Source of the DNA: an uncultured Clostridia bacterium
GTDB taxonomy: Bacteria > Bacillota > Clostridia > TANB77 > CAG-508
Assembly (NCBI GenBank): GCA_944386665.1
Contig: CALXBZ010000001.1
Location: 1-60,867, forward strand
Direction: 5' to 3'
DNA length: 60,867 bases
The notes beneath the pieces are model-generated. The model was not told the origin of the DNA, ran no database searches, and worked only from the letters and a program-made list of their open reading frames with translations. Positions 1 through 8,859 of the stretch are shown piece after piece; position 1 is the first letter of the stretch; every line of letters begins with the position of its first letter. The position numbers and the translations under genes were made by a program.

Positions 1-40
1 ATATAATCCATATATTTTGTGTTTTTATTTAATAAATATA

Positions 41-85
41 AAAATCGTGAATTAGAAAAAATATTTTCCAATTCACGATTTTTTT
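41..85. terminator. Rho-independent-type hairpin, potentially bidirectional
   Basis: Perfect 10-bp inverted repeat ATCGTGAATT (44-53) / AATTCACGAT (70-79), preceded by an A-run and followed by a T-run (79-85). Confidence 0.5.
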
Positions 86-268
86 GAGAGCTAATTTTCA
101 GCTACTTTTTCAGCAGCCTCCTTTTATGCTATTCTTTATTTTATAAATCTAAATCGTCATCTTTGTCTTTAATAGGAATCATACCTTCATCAAATAAAGC
201 AGAAATATTTTCAATGTTCTTGATAAATTTGACAATCTCTTCCATCTTTTAAGTAATTTATATAATTT

Positions 269-742
269 TTATAATGTTCTATAATTATTTTTATCTTCTC
301 TTTCATCCTTTTGCATATCATATTTGTTATTTTTGTAAAACCAATCTGTTTTTTTGTCTGTTGGATGAAGTTGTCTGTTTTTATCTAATAGCAAATCGAA
401 AAATGTGAATAGTGGTAGTGCTACTCCAATTAAAGAAAAGAATACTGATATATAGTCATTTATCATTCCTCCAACGGTTAGCATTTGTTGCATATTTTTA
501 AATAATTCTACGCCGAAATATCCAAAATATCCAATCATGTATATGACTGAACCTAAGACTTTTCTTTTAGCTATTAATATAAATGAAAGTAGAGCTACAA
601 AAATCATGATAATTTCCATATTTAAATCTATAGGTTTAATCATAAATTCCATTCCCATTGAATATGTGTATGCAGCTACAATTCTTAGTAACCAAAATAT
701 TACATCTATTGATAAAACCATCCATGTACTAAATTTTTGCAT
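269..742 (-). CDS. Hypothetical polytopic membrane protein (157 aa)
   Basis: Long ORF with several hydrophobic segments and a charged C-terminal tail. No family recognised. Confidence 0.55.
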   Translation of the reverse strand: MQKFSTWMVLSIDVIFWLLRIVAAYTYSMGMEFMIKPIDLNMEIIMIFVALLSFILIAKRKVLGSVIYMIGYFGYFGVELFKNMQQMLTVGGMINDYISVFFSLIGVALPLFTFFDLLLDKNRQLHPTDKKTDWFYKNNKYDMQKDEREDKNNYRTL

Positions 743-833
743 TTTAAATTCCTCCTTATTTTCTGCTTTAGTTTTTATAAATTATTTCTTTTATTTTAAC
801 ACAATTTATCTTTAAAAGTAAATGTTAATATTA

Positions 834-863
834 TAAAAAAATCCAACTCTTATTGAGCTGGAT
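834..863 (-). terminator. Rho-independent terminator after the DUF1292 gene
   Basis: Stem ATCCAACTC (841-849) / GAGCTGGAT (855-863) with one mismatch. The plus-strand A-run 835-840 gives a T-run on the minus strand directly after the stem. Confidence 0.5.
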
Positions 864-906
864 TTTATGTTTTAATTTTCGCATACTATAGTAGCTTCTG
901 CAATTA

Positions 907-1224
907 TTAATCTACAAAATCAAATTCGTCTTTGAATTTGTCTTTGAATATTTCAAATACCCTATTTAATGTTTCTTCACTTTCAACACTTACATAAGAC
1001 TCTTCTTCGCTACCATTATCACTATCTTCAACCTTTAATATTACTACTTCTCCTGGTTCTTCTTCTGTTGCTTCAACTGGCAATAATACCACATATTCTT
1101 CATGATCTAATTCTATTAGATCTAAAAATTCAAATCTTGTTTCTTCTCCATTTTCATCATTTAATACTATTATGTTATCTTCTAATTCTTCTCCTGAATT
1201 ATTTGTTATGTTTTCATTATCCAT
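907..1224 (-). CDS. DUF1292/UPF0473 family acidic protein (YrzB-like)
   Basis: Small, very acidic protein with an EFLDLIELDHEEYVVLLP-type core. It sits directly downstream of ireB-ruvX, as in other Firmicutes. Confidence 0.75.
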   Translation of the reverse strand: MDNENITNNSGEELEDNIIVLNDENGEETRFEFLDLIELDHEEYVVLLPVEATEEEPGEVVILKVEDSDNGSEEESYVSVESEETLNRVFEIFKDKFKDEFDFVD

Positions 1225-1294
1225 TTTTTATTTTTCTCCTTTCGATTTTTCATTTTATTTTAAATCTGTATTTCTACAAAATAAAATCATTTTA

Positions 1295-1323
1295 TTTATA
1301 CTATTATCTTGCCTTTTTGTCAA
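1295..1323 (-). promoter_or_regulatory. Candidate sigma-A promoter upstream of the DUF1292 gene
   Basis: On the minus strand: TTGACA (1318-1323), 17-nt spacer, TATAAA (1295-1300). Confidence 0.3.
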
Positions 1324-1363
1324 TTATATTCAGCTATCTATTTGAAATTATATTTGTTTTTAT

Positions 1364-1792
1364 TTAATTATTTTTTTGCATTTTCATATAGGATTCTAGT
1401 ATGTATACTGCTGAAATTGTGTCTACAATGTCTCTTTTTTTGAATTTGTTTACATTTAGAAAGTTCATTGTCTTATGAGCTTCCACAGTTGTTAGTCTTT
1501 CGTCAATTCTAACTATTTTTATTTTATTGAATTTACATTGTAATTTATGTATGAATTTTTCTGTTACCTCAGCTCTTTCTGTTTTTGTGCCATTCATGTT
1601 TATTGGCATTCCTATCACAAATGTGTCTATTTCATTATTATATTTATTTATAATTTCTTCTAAGCGTCTAAGAACTATTTTATCGTTTCCTTGATGATGT
1701 ATTGTTTCTAATCCTTGAGCTGTATATCCTAGTGGGTCTGTAATAGATATACCAACTCTAGCATCTCCATAGTCAATTCCTAATGCTCTCAT
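1364..1792 (-). CDS. ruvX: Holliday-junction-resolvase-like nuclease RuvX/YqgF
   Basis: N-terminus MRALGIDYGDARVGISITDPLG matches the YqgF signature. Size 142 aa. Follows ireB. Confidence 0.9.
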   Translation of the reverse strand: MRALGIDYGDARVGISITDPLGYTAQGLETIHHQGNDKIVLRRLEEIINKYNNEIDTFVIGMPINMNGTKTERAEVTEKFIHKLQCKFNKIKIVRIDERLTTVEAHKTMNFLNVNKFKKRDIVDTISAVYILESYMKMQKNN

Positions 1793-1793
1793 A

Positions 1794-2048
1794 TTACTTG
1801 TCCAATCCTATATATGTTTTTACCATTTCTTCTAAAAGTTCATCTCTTTCAATTTGTCTTATCAAATTTCTTGCATTATTATGACTAGTAATATATGTTG
1901 GGTCTCCTGAAAGTATGTATCCAACTATTTGATTAATTGGATTATATCCTTTTTCCGCCAACGCATTGTAAACTGATTTTAGGGTTTCTTTCGTTCTAGC
2001 ATTTTTCTCTTTTTCAACATTGTAACTTACTGTTTCATCTGTAACCAT
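1794..2048 (-). CDS. ireB: IreB family regulatory phosphoprotein (UPF0297)
   Basis: 84 aa containing [41 protein letters not shown], typical of UPF0297. Adjacent to ruvX. Confidence 0.85.
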   Translation of the reverse strand: MVTDETVSYNVEKEKNARTKETLKSVYNALAEKGYNPINQIVGYILSGDPTYITSHNNARNLIRQIERDELLEEMVKTYIGLDK

Positions 2049-2058
2049 ATAAAACCTC

Positions 2059-3156
2059 CTATAAATAATTTATATTATTTTCTAATGGATCTGCTGTATC
2101 TAAGTATTCTTCTAATTTCTTAGTAACACCTACTAAAGCAGTTCCTTTGTAATATGTAGCTAATGCAACATTTATTTTTGGGGATACTTTTGTGCTTTCT
2201 CCATGGTAATCTGTAGCAGAAGAAATTTCTAAGCCTTCAATTTCTTTTTTTACAGTTTTCATAAATTCTTCTACTGCTGGTAGCTCTACTCCTGAAAATA
2301 CTATTGCAAATTTTGGTCCCATATATCTAACAAATAGATATTCATTTGACAAATATTGTTTTATTGTTCTACATATTTGTGTTATTACATCGTTTCCAGT
2401 TTTTCTGCTTATAGTTTCATTTATTTCTACTAGATTTATTATTTTAAATAAACATACTGTTGAAGTTGTGTATTTATCAATAGTTTTTTTACCTTCTGTA
2501 TATAAATATTCGGCTGTTTTTAATTCTGAGTATTGATCATCTCTTACAATCTCTTCTACTACAGATTGATTATTTACTGTTTTAAGTACCGACACTATAT
2601 TGTTCTTTACAACTTCTAGTATTGTTGTATCTACATTGTCAAATTCATGTGGCATGCTGCCTTCAATTATCCAATACCCAATATATACGTTATCAATGTA
2701 TAAAGGGAAAAACATTGCAGCTTTTGCTCTTCCAAATTCCATTTTTTGATATGGCAATTTTTCTCCTTCTCTATCAACTGTTATATATTTTGGAATTCCT
2801 GTTTCTATACTGTCTTTAAATACAGGTTCTGATTGTAAGTTTCTTAATACATCCCAATGCTTTATTGCAACATTTGACGCTTTTATTACAAATTCTGCTC
2901 CATTATAAACAACAATTGTAGAATATTTTATGCTATATTTTTCAATTAATATTTCATTTATTAACTTTAGTTTTTCTTCCACACTTGATGTTTCACTAAG
3001 TGTATCCATGAAGTCTTGTAATACATTTAAACTTGTAATTTGCTGATTAATATTATTAAATGCATCTATTTTTTTATGAATTGACATATTGTACATCATT
3101 AATCCAACTATTATTGCTGCAAGCAGTATTATAATTATTACTGACAAAGTTTTCAC
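2059..3156 (-). CDS. Membrane-anchored GAF-like plus degenerate GGDEF domain protein
   Basis: N-terminal TM helix and a central GAF-like region. In the C-terminal domain the GGDEF signature position reads [11 protein letters not shown], and the upstream metal/substrate Asp positions are not conserved. Confidence 0.6.
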   Translation of the reverse strand: MKTLSVIIIILLAAIIVGLMMYNMSIHKKIDAFNNINQQITSLNVLQDFMDTLSETSSVEEKLKLINEILIEKYSIKYSTIVVYNGAEFVIKASNVAIKHWDVLRNLQSEPVFKDSIETGIPKYITVDREGEKLPYQKMEFGRAKAAMFFPLYIDNVYIGYWIIEGSMPHEFDNVDTTILEVVKNNIVSVLKTVNNQSVVEEIVRDDQYSELKTAEYLYTEGKKTIDKYTTSTVCLFKIINLVEINETISRKTGNDVITQICRTIKQYLSNEYLFVRYMGPKFAIVFSGVELPAVEEFMKTVKKEIEGLEISSATDYHGESTKVSPKINVALATYYKGTALVGVTKKLEEYLDTADPLENNINYL

Positions 3157-3168
3157 CCCTTCTTGTTA

Positions 3169-5661
3169 TTAAAAATTGTTTCTCATTCTATTTAATGTTG
3201 CATTCATATTACTGTTAAATGCTGTATTAGTGTTTATTTTTGTATTCTTTTTACTATAATCGTTATAATTTTTATTTTGAGTATATTTAGCATTTCCTGC
3301 TATTAATGGATATACCATATTACTTAATTTTTCCAATGCTTCTAAGAATATTTTTGAATATCCATTTAATGATATTTCGCAATCAACTAGTCTTTCTAAA
3401 TATCTTGCGTATGTTTGATCTTCAAAAGGTATTGTCGTGTATCTTATCTTTTCTCTATCAAATAATGTGTTTATATATGTTGATGCTGGGTCATTATAAC
3501 AAGAAATTCCTCCTATAATCATTTGATCTGTTAATTTTCTTAATCTTAAAGTTTTGTTTATTACTATTCTTAATTTATTTTGATCTAATATATTTTTATG
3601 TTTTAGTTCATTTAAGAAAGCTGTTAATGGTTGTATTGTAAGTATATCGTATGTTTGAACTAAGTAAATTTCTTGAGAATTTGCAAAATAATTCAAGTCT
3701 GTTTCAAAATCACAGTCCAATAATATTAATGAATAGTTTTTAGCTAAAGTTGCCAGTATACTGCTATAATCATTAAAGCTTGGATTTTCTCCTGGTAAAG
3801 TAGTGTATACAGTAAGATTTTTATTTACTTGAATTCCATCAGCTATACCACTTCTTAGTCCATCTATACATCTGAATGATTTTTCCCTTAGGGCATCTTC
3901 ATTTGATGTGTATATATAATATGCATTTTTATTTCTAGTAAGGTCTAAAATTGCTGTATTAATTCCTTTTCCAGATAAGTTTACTGCTAAATTGTTAACT
4001 AAGAATGAAGTACCATTTTTAGATGTTCCAACAAAAGCAACTATTTTTTTATCTCCTGTTATCAAATTTGCTAAGCCAGCATCAGGTCCGTTTACTGGAT
4101 TAACATTTTGGATTTGCGTATTAATTGTATTAGTATATGAATAATTGCTTGTATTTACATATTGATTATTATTTGTATTCTGATATTGTTCTGCTGGTTG
4201 TGAAATATTTTCATTGCTTAAGCCTGGTAATGAAAAATCGTCCTTAACATCAGTTGAAGTAGTGTTTTCTTCTAATCCTGGCAATATGGTATTTTCTTCT
4301 AATCCCGGTAATATAGTGCTTTCATCAGTAGCTGAATCAACATTTATATTATTTAATACATCATTTACATTATCTGGCTCATCATCTGTTAACACATTAG
4401 GTAAAACAAAGTCTTCTAATTCACCGTTTTCTTCATTTGGTTGTTCTGTAACTTTTTTAGGTCTTCCTCTTCCTTTTTTTACTTTATTTTCTTCTGCAGC
4501 AATTTCTTCTGGAGTTCTTTGTTTTTTAGGTCTTCCTCTTCCTTTTTTTGCTTTTTCTTCTTCATTAAATTGTGAAAGAGGATTTTCTATATTTGTATTA
4601 GCAGTTAAGTTATTAATTTGGCTCTCAAATTCATAACTATTATTTAAGTTTTCCAATGAGTTGCTGTTGTTCATTGCCTTATTCATATCATATATGTTAT
4701 CAGGTTTACTTTCGACATTTTCAACACTATTTTGATACTCTGTTTGATTAACAAAGCTTTTCTCAACTGGTTCTTTTTCTACATTTTTATAAGATTTTTT
4801 AACATTTTGCATGTTAATGGTTGATGGAATTACTACTGGTTTAGTTAATTTTGATTTTTGTAATTCTTTATCTATTAACTCAATCTTGTTAACGTTTTTA
4901 CTTTGTATGTTTGTTGCAGTAAATTGTTTATCACTAGCCTTTTGAGCAGCAACTTGTCCTTTTACACTTCCTATCATTACTTGTTGGTATTTAGGACATT
5001 TTTCTTCTAGTACAGCTCTTACATTTAATGGTAAGAATTTTGTAATTAATTTTAGTTGTGTATCTGTATACTGAGTTGCTATTTCTTCAAAACTTTCAAC
5101 ATATTTTGATTCGTCTTTTCCAATTTTTTTGTAATGCCTTATTATATTTTGTATTTCTATTTCACTAACATTATCTGGATCCACTGCCGAATATCCTACA
5201 TCGTCTGCCTCTACTCTATAATAAGTTTTTGCTTCTTTTTTGGTACGAGGTTGATATATAAGTTTACATACATTATCAATTTTTCTATCCGATCCTAAAA
5301 GGACATTATAAACTCCTATTCCAAATAGTTTAACCAAAAGGCTTTCACCTTTTTCTCTTCTATCTGTTGCAATAAGAATTATAGGAATATCTCCCTCTCT
5401 ACTGTTAGATGCTTCATCACTTATGCTGTCTAGTTTATCATATAAAAAATTATCTATCACTTCATAGTTATTGTTTGCAAAAGGCTCTAAATCTTCGCCT
5501 ATAACTATTCTGTCATAGGATTTATCTTTTTGTAATTCCTTTATTATTGCATTGAAAAAATAAACATTTTTCCATGAAATTATTTCTTTATACATTGTCT
5601 GATATTTTTTTATAATTGCCTCTGAAATCTTTTCATTATTTACTGCAAATAAAACCTTCAT
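3169..5661 (-). CDS. TadZ/CpaE-like protein (830 aa): receiver-like N-domain, low-complexity linker with two AT-hooks, degenerate ParA/MinD-like C-domain
   Basis: The N-terminus (MKVLFAVNNEK...IPIILIATD) looks like a CheY-like fold. The Asn/Glu-rich linker holds KKGRGRPKK twice. The C-terminal part has KKIVAFVGTSKNGTSFLVNNLAVNLSGKGINTAILD and YSLILLDCD, i.e. P-loop NTPase topology without the KGGxGK[ST] lysines. Confidence 0.6.
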   Translation of the reverse strand: MKVLFAVNNEKISEAIIKKYQTMYKEIISWKNVYFFNAIIKELQKDKSYDRIVIGEDLEPFANNNYEVIDNFLYDKLDSISDEASNSREGDIPIILIATDRREKGESLLVKLFGIGVYNVLLGSDRKIDNVCKLIYQPRTKKEAKTYYRVEADDVGYSAVDPDNVSEIEIQNIIRHYKKIGKDESKYVESFEEIATQYTDTQLKLITKFLPLNVRAVLEEKCPKYQQVMIGSVKGQVAAQKASDKQFTATNIQSKNVNKIELIDKELQKSKLTKPVVIPSTINMQNVKKSYKNVEKEPVEKSFVNQTEYQNSVENVESKPDNIYDMNKAMNNSNSLENLNNSYEFESQINNLTANTNIENPLSQFNEEEKAKKGRGRPKKQRTPEEIAAEENKVKKGRGRPKKVTEQPNEENGELEDFVLPNVLTDDEPDNVNDVLNNINVDSATDESTILPGLEENTILPGLEENTTSTDVKDDFSLPGLSNENISQPAEQYQNTNNNQYVNTSNYSYTNTINTQIQNVNPVNGPDAGLANLITGDKKIVAFVGTSKNGTSFLVNNLAVNLSGKGINTAILDLTRNKNAYYIYTSNEDALREKSFRCIDGLRSGIADGIQVNKNLTVYTTLPGENPSFNDYSSILATLAKNYSLILLDCDFETDLNYFANSQEIYLVQTYDILTIQPLTAFLNELKHKNILDQNKLRIVINKTLRLRKLTDQMIIGGISCYNDPASTYINTLFDREKIRYTTIPFEDQTYARYLERLVDCEISLNGYSKIFLEALEKLSNMVYPLIAGNAKYTQNKNYNDYSKKNTKINTNTAFNSNMNATLNRMRNNF
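4264..4317 (-). repeat. In-frame 27-nt tandem duplication within the 830-aa gene
   Basis: Units 4264-4290 and 4291-4317 differ at 4 positions. They encode TILPGLEEN twice, with a third degenerate SLPGLSNEN copy nearby. Confidence 0.85.
4453..4549 (-). repeat. Exact 28-nt direct repeat encoding the two AT-hook motifs
   Basis: TTTTTTAGGTCTTCCTCTTCCTTTTTTT occurs at 4453-4480 and 4522-4549, 69 nt apart start to start. Each copy encodes KKGRGRPKK on the minus strand. Confidence 0.9.
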
Positions 5662-5665
5662 TAGT

Positions 5666-6067
5666 TTAACCCCTCCAACCTTTTACTACTATTGCGAAAA
5701 CAAGTGGTAACACCTGGCATATTACTACAATTGTAACACTTGTAATCATTAGTGCAAAACCTTTATCTCTTACGTCTAGTTTTCTTATTCCAATTATGTA
5801 TTGATATATTGCTGCTATTATAATAGCCACAAATCCAAAAGGTATACTATAAATTCTTATTCTATTTAACAAATATGCTGTTAATCCATACGTGTCTGAA
5901 CCATAGGCATCTCTATATTCTTGTAAAGTTTTTAGTTCTTTGTCTTTTATCTCTATGAGTTTTCCTGTTGTATCTTGTGCAACTTCACTTACTTCATTTC
6001 CAGCATACACAGTTGTACACCCCATTAAACAAAATAAAATAGATATTACTGCCACTACTTTTTTCAT
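5666..6067 (-). CDS. Putative lipoprotein with C-terminal TM helices (133 aa)
   Basis: Signal peptide ending in the lipobox LMGC, with two hydrophobic helices in the C-terminal half. First gene after the mutS terminator. Confidence 0.55.
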   Translation of the reverse strand: MKKVVAVISILFCLMGCTTVYAGNEVSEVAQDTTGKLIEIKDKELKTLQEYRDAYGSDTYGLTAYLLNRIRIYSIPFGFVAIIIAAIYQYIIGIRKLDVRDKGFALMITSVTIVVICQVLPLVFAIVVKGWRG

Positions 6068-6138
6068 ATAATTATCCCTTTCTTTATTTTTCTGCTTTTT
6101 TATAAAACATTATACTTATAACATTTTACACTAGAATG

Positions 6139-6171
6139 AAAAAAATAGCAAGAAAATACTTGCTATTTTTT
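6139..6171 (-). terminator. Rho-independent terminator after mutS
   Basis: Stem ATAGCAAG (6145-6152) / CTTGCTAT (6159-6166) flanked by an A-run and a T-run. Confidence 0.6.
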
Positions 6172-6241
6172 AATATTTTTATAATATTTATTTTCTATTT
6201 TTAATTTAAGCTTATTTAGCATATTTTATGATTTATTATAG

Positions 6242-8857
6242 TTAATGTGTCATCTCTTCTTTTATTTTTACAAGTGTATTTAATGCATCAATTGGAGTCA
6301 ACTCATTTATATTTACTTTATCTAACTCATGAGCGATTTCTGCCAATTTGAAGTTATACATATCCAGCTGTCCATCTACTTTCTTTTTGTTTTCTTTTTC
6401 GGCAAATTTATTAACAAGTACATTTTTTCTTTCTATCTTTTTTAATATTTCATTTGCTCTTTGTGTAACAACTTTTGGAACTCCTGCAAGCTTTGCAACA
6501 TGAACTCCATAACTTTCATCAGTTCCTCCACTTACTATTTTTCTTAAAAAGATTATATCTTCTCCTTTTTCTTTAACTGCTATTGAATAATTTTTTACTC
6601 CTTCTAGTGTGTCTTCTAATTGTGTTAATTCATGGTAGTGTGTTGCAAATAAAGTTTTTGCTCCACATTTTTCTTTATCTGCAATATATTCTGCAACAGC
6701 CCACGCAATAGATAATCCATCATAAGTTGATGTTCCTCTTCCTATTTCGTCTAATATAACTAAGCTATTTGCAGTAGCCTCTTTTAAAATATTTGAAACT
6801 TCCATCATTTCCACCATAAAAGTACTTTGTCCCATACTTAAATCGTCAGATGCTCCAACTCTTGTAAATATCTTATCTACTACGCCTATATGAGCAGATG
6901 AAGCTGGAACAAAACTTCCTATTTGTGCCATTAGGGTAAGTAATGCAACTTGCCTCATATATGTAGATTTACCAGCCATATTAGGTCCTGTTATAATTGA
7001 TAGCCTATTATTATTTTTATCTAGGTATGTGTCGTTTGATACAAAAGACCCACTTGGAAGCATTTTTTCTATTACTGGGTGTCTTCCATCTTTTATATCT
7101 ATAATTCCACTATTATCTACTTGTGGCATGCAATAATTTAAGTCTTCTGCAACTTGTGCAAAAGAGCATAGTACATCTAATTTTGAGACTACTATTGCAG
7201 CTTTTTGTAATCTTTGAATTTGAGTTTTTATTGTTTCTCTTATTTCTGTAAATTTTTTGTATTCTAAAGCAACAACTTTTTCTTCTGCTCCTAAAACTTT
7301 ATTCTCTAATTCTTTTAATTCTTCTGTTATGTATCTTTCTCCTCCAGTTAGAGTCTGTTTTCTTATATATCTATCTGGAACCATTGACAAGTTTGATTTT
7401 GTTACTTCTAAATAGTAGCCAAAAACTTTATTATATCCTACTTTTAGTCCTTTAATTCCTGTTTCTTCTTTTTCTTTAGCTTCTAGTTGTACAAGCCAAG
7501 TTTTACCATCTATCATAGCTTTTTTTAGTTCATCTATTTCTGGATCATATCCCATTTTTATAATTCCACCTTCAGTTATAAGTATTGGTGGTTCTTCAAC
7601 TATAGCTTTATTTATTAAAGCAAATATGTCCTCTAATGGATCTAATTCATCATATAATTTTCTTAGCATATTAGATTTAGTATTGGCTATTAATTTTTTT
7701 ATTTCTGGTAGCTTACTTGCAGATGATTTTAATGAATTTAAGTCTCTTGCATTTGCATTTCCATAAGATATTTTTCCAGCTAGTCTTTCTATATCGTATA
7801 CACCTTTTAGACTTGCAGATAATTCACCTCTTAGCATTAGGTCATCTTTAAATTCTTTTACTGCTTCTAATCTGTTATTTATTTCTGTAACATCTATTAA
7901 TGGATCTGAAAGCCATCTTCTTAAAAGTCTTCCTCCCATTGAAGTTGCTGTTTTATCTAATACCCATAGTAGTGTTCCTTTTTTTGATTTATCTCTTAAT
8001 TTTTCTGTTAATTCTAAGTTTCTTCTGGCATTAATATCTAGAGACATATACTTTGTAATTGTATACATTGTAATTTTGTTTATGTGTTCTAATTTTGTTT
8101 TTTGTGTATCTTCTATATATTTAATTAATCCATTTATTGCTGCTACGGAAAATAAACGATTTTCTAGATTCTTTACAATGTTTCCTTTGTCATCTAATAA
8201 AGCATATTGCATGTAGATGTTTTCTGTGTTTTCACTAAAATTGCTTTCTTCTTCTGTAGATATATATACATTAAAACGTTCTTTTATCTTACTAATTTCT
8301 TCTCTACAATTATATAACATTTCATTTGCAATAATTTCAGATGGAGAATATCTTGATATCTCATCTAACAATCTTTCGAAATTGTTTTCTTCTTTAATTT
8401 CTGCTGAATAAAAGTCACCTGTCGATATATCACATACTGCTATACCAAAAAATATTCCCTTTTTAAATATACTCATTATATAATTGTTACGTTTGTCTTC
8501 TAGTAGGTTTGTCTCTGTAACAGTTCCTGGAGTTACTACTCTTATTACATCTCTTTTAACAATACCTTTTGCAAGTTTAGGATTTTCCAATTGTTCACAT
8601 ATTGCTACTTTATGACCATTTTGCACTAATTTTGCAATATAGCTTTCTGCAGCATGATATGGAATTCCACACATTGGTGCTCTTTCTTCTTGACCGCAAT
8701 CTTTTCCTGTTAGAGTAAGTTCTAGTTCTCTTGACACATTTATTGCATCATCAAAAAACATTTCATAGAAATCACCTAATCTATAAAATAATATACAATC
8801 TTTATATTTTTCTTTTGTTGCAAGGTAATGTTGCATCATTGGTGAATATTCTGCCAT
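6242..8857 (-). CDS. mutS: DNA mismatch repair protein MutS
   Basis: 871 aa. N-terminus TPMMQHYLATKEKYKDCILFYRLGDFYEMFFDDA, Walker A GPNMAGKST, and DEIGRGTSTYDG. Confidence 0.97.
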   Translation of the reverse strand: MAEYSPMMQHYLATKEKYKDCILFYRLGDFYEMFFDDAINVSRELELTLTGKDCGQEERAPMCGIPYHAAESYIAKLVQNGHKVAICEQLENPKLAKGIVKRDVIRVVTPGTVTETNLLEDKRNNYIMSIFKKGIFFGIAVCDISTGDFYSAEIKEENNFERLLDEISRYSPSEIIANEMLYNCREEISKIKERFNVYISTEEESNFSENTENIYMQYALLDDKGNIVKNLENRLFSVAAINGLIKYIEDTQKTKLEHINKITMYTITKYMSLDINARRNLELTEKLRDKSKKGTLLWVLDKTATSMGGRLLRRWLSDPLIDVTEINNRLEAVKEFKDDLMLRGELSASLKGVYDIERLAGKISYGNANARDLNSLKSSASKLPEIKKLIANTKSNMLRKLYDELDPLEDIFALINKAIVEEPPILITEGGIIKMGYDPEIDELKKAMIDGKTWLVQLEAKEKEETGIKGLKVGYNKVFGYYLEVTKSNLSMVPDRYIRKQTLTGGERYITEELKELENKVLGAEEKVVALEYKKFTEIRETIKTQIQRLQKAAIVVSKLDVLCSFAQVAEDLNYCMPQVDNSGIIDIKDGRHPVIEKMLPSGSFVSNDTYLDKNNNRLSIITGPNMAGKSTYMRQVALLTLMAQIGSFVPASSAHIGVVDKIFTRVGASDDLSMGQSTFMVEMMEVSNILKEATANSLVILDEIGRGTSTYDGLSIAWAVAEYIADKEKCGAKTLFATHYHELTQLEDTLEGVKNYSIAVKEKGEDIIFLRKIVSGGTDESYGVHVAKLAGVPKVVTQRANEILKKIERKNVLVNKFAEKENKKKVDGQLDMYNFKLAEIAHELDKVNINELTPIDALNTLVKIKEEMTH

Positions 8858-8859
8858 TT

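Noticed and set aside
141-245. A 34-codon minus-strand ORF (MEEIVKFIKNIENISALFDEGMIPIKDKDDDLDL) downstream of the 157-aa membrane protein gene.
   Set aside because: It has no SD-like sequence upstream of the ATG and no recognisable motif. The evidence is too weak to report as a gene.
269-742. Candidate prepilin peptidase among the small polytopic proteins (269-742 and 41417-42004).
   Set aside because: Neither shows the paired Asp motifs (including GxGDxK-like) expected of A24/TadV peptidases. Both are distant from the locus and unrelated to it in context.
855-866. The 12-mer GAGCTGGATTTT is shared by the terminators at 855-866 and 44641-44652, so I considered a dispersed repeat element.
   Set aside because: Similarity is limited to the stem plus T-run of two terminators. 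The loops and flanks differ. This is too short to call a repeat family from one window.
4264-4549. Short direct repeats (27 nt and 28 nt), considered as a possible CRISPR or minisatellite.
   Set aside because: There are only two copies of each. They are in-frame inside a long ORF and encode repeated peptide motifs. No spacer-repeat periodicity is present. They are coding repeats.
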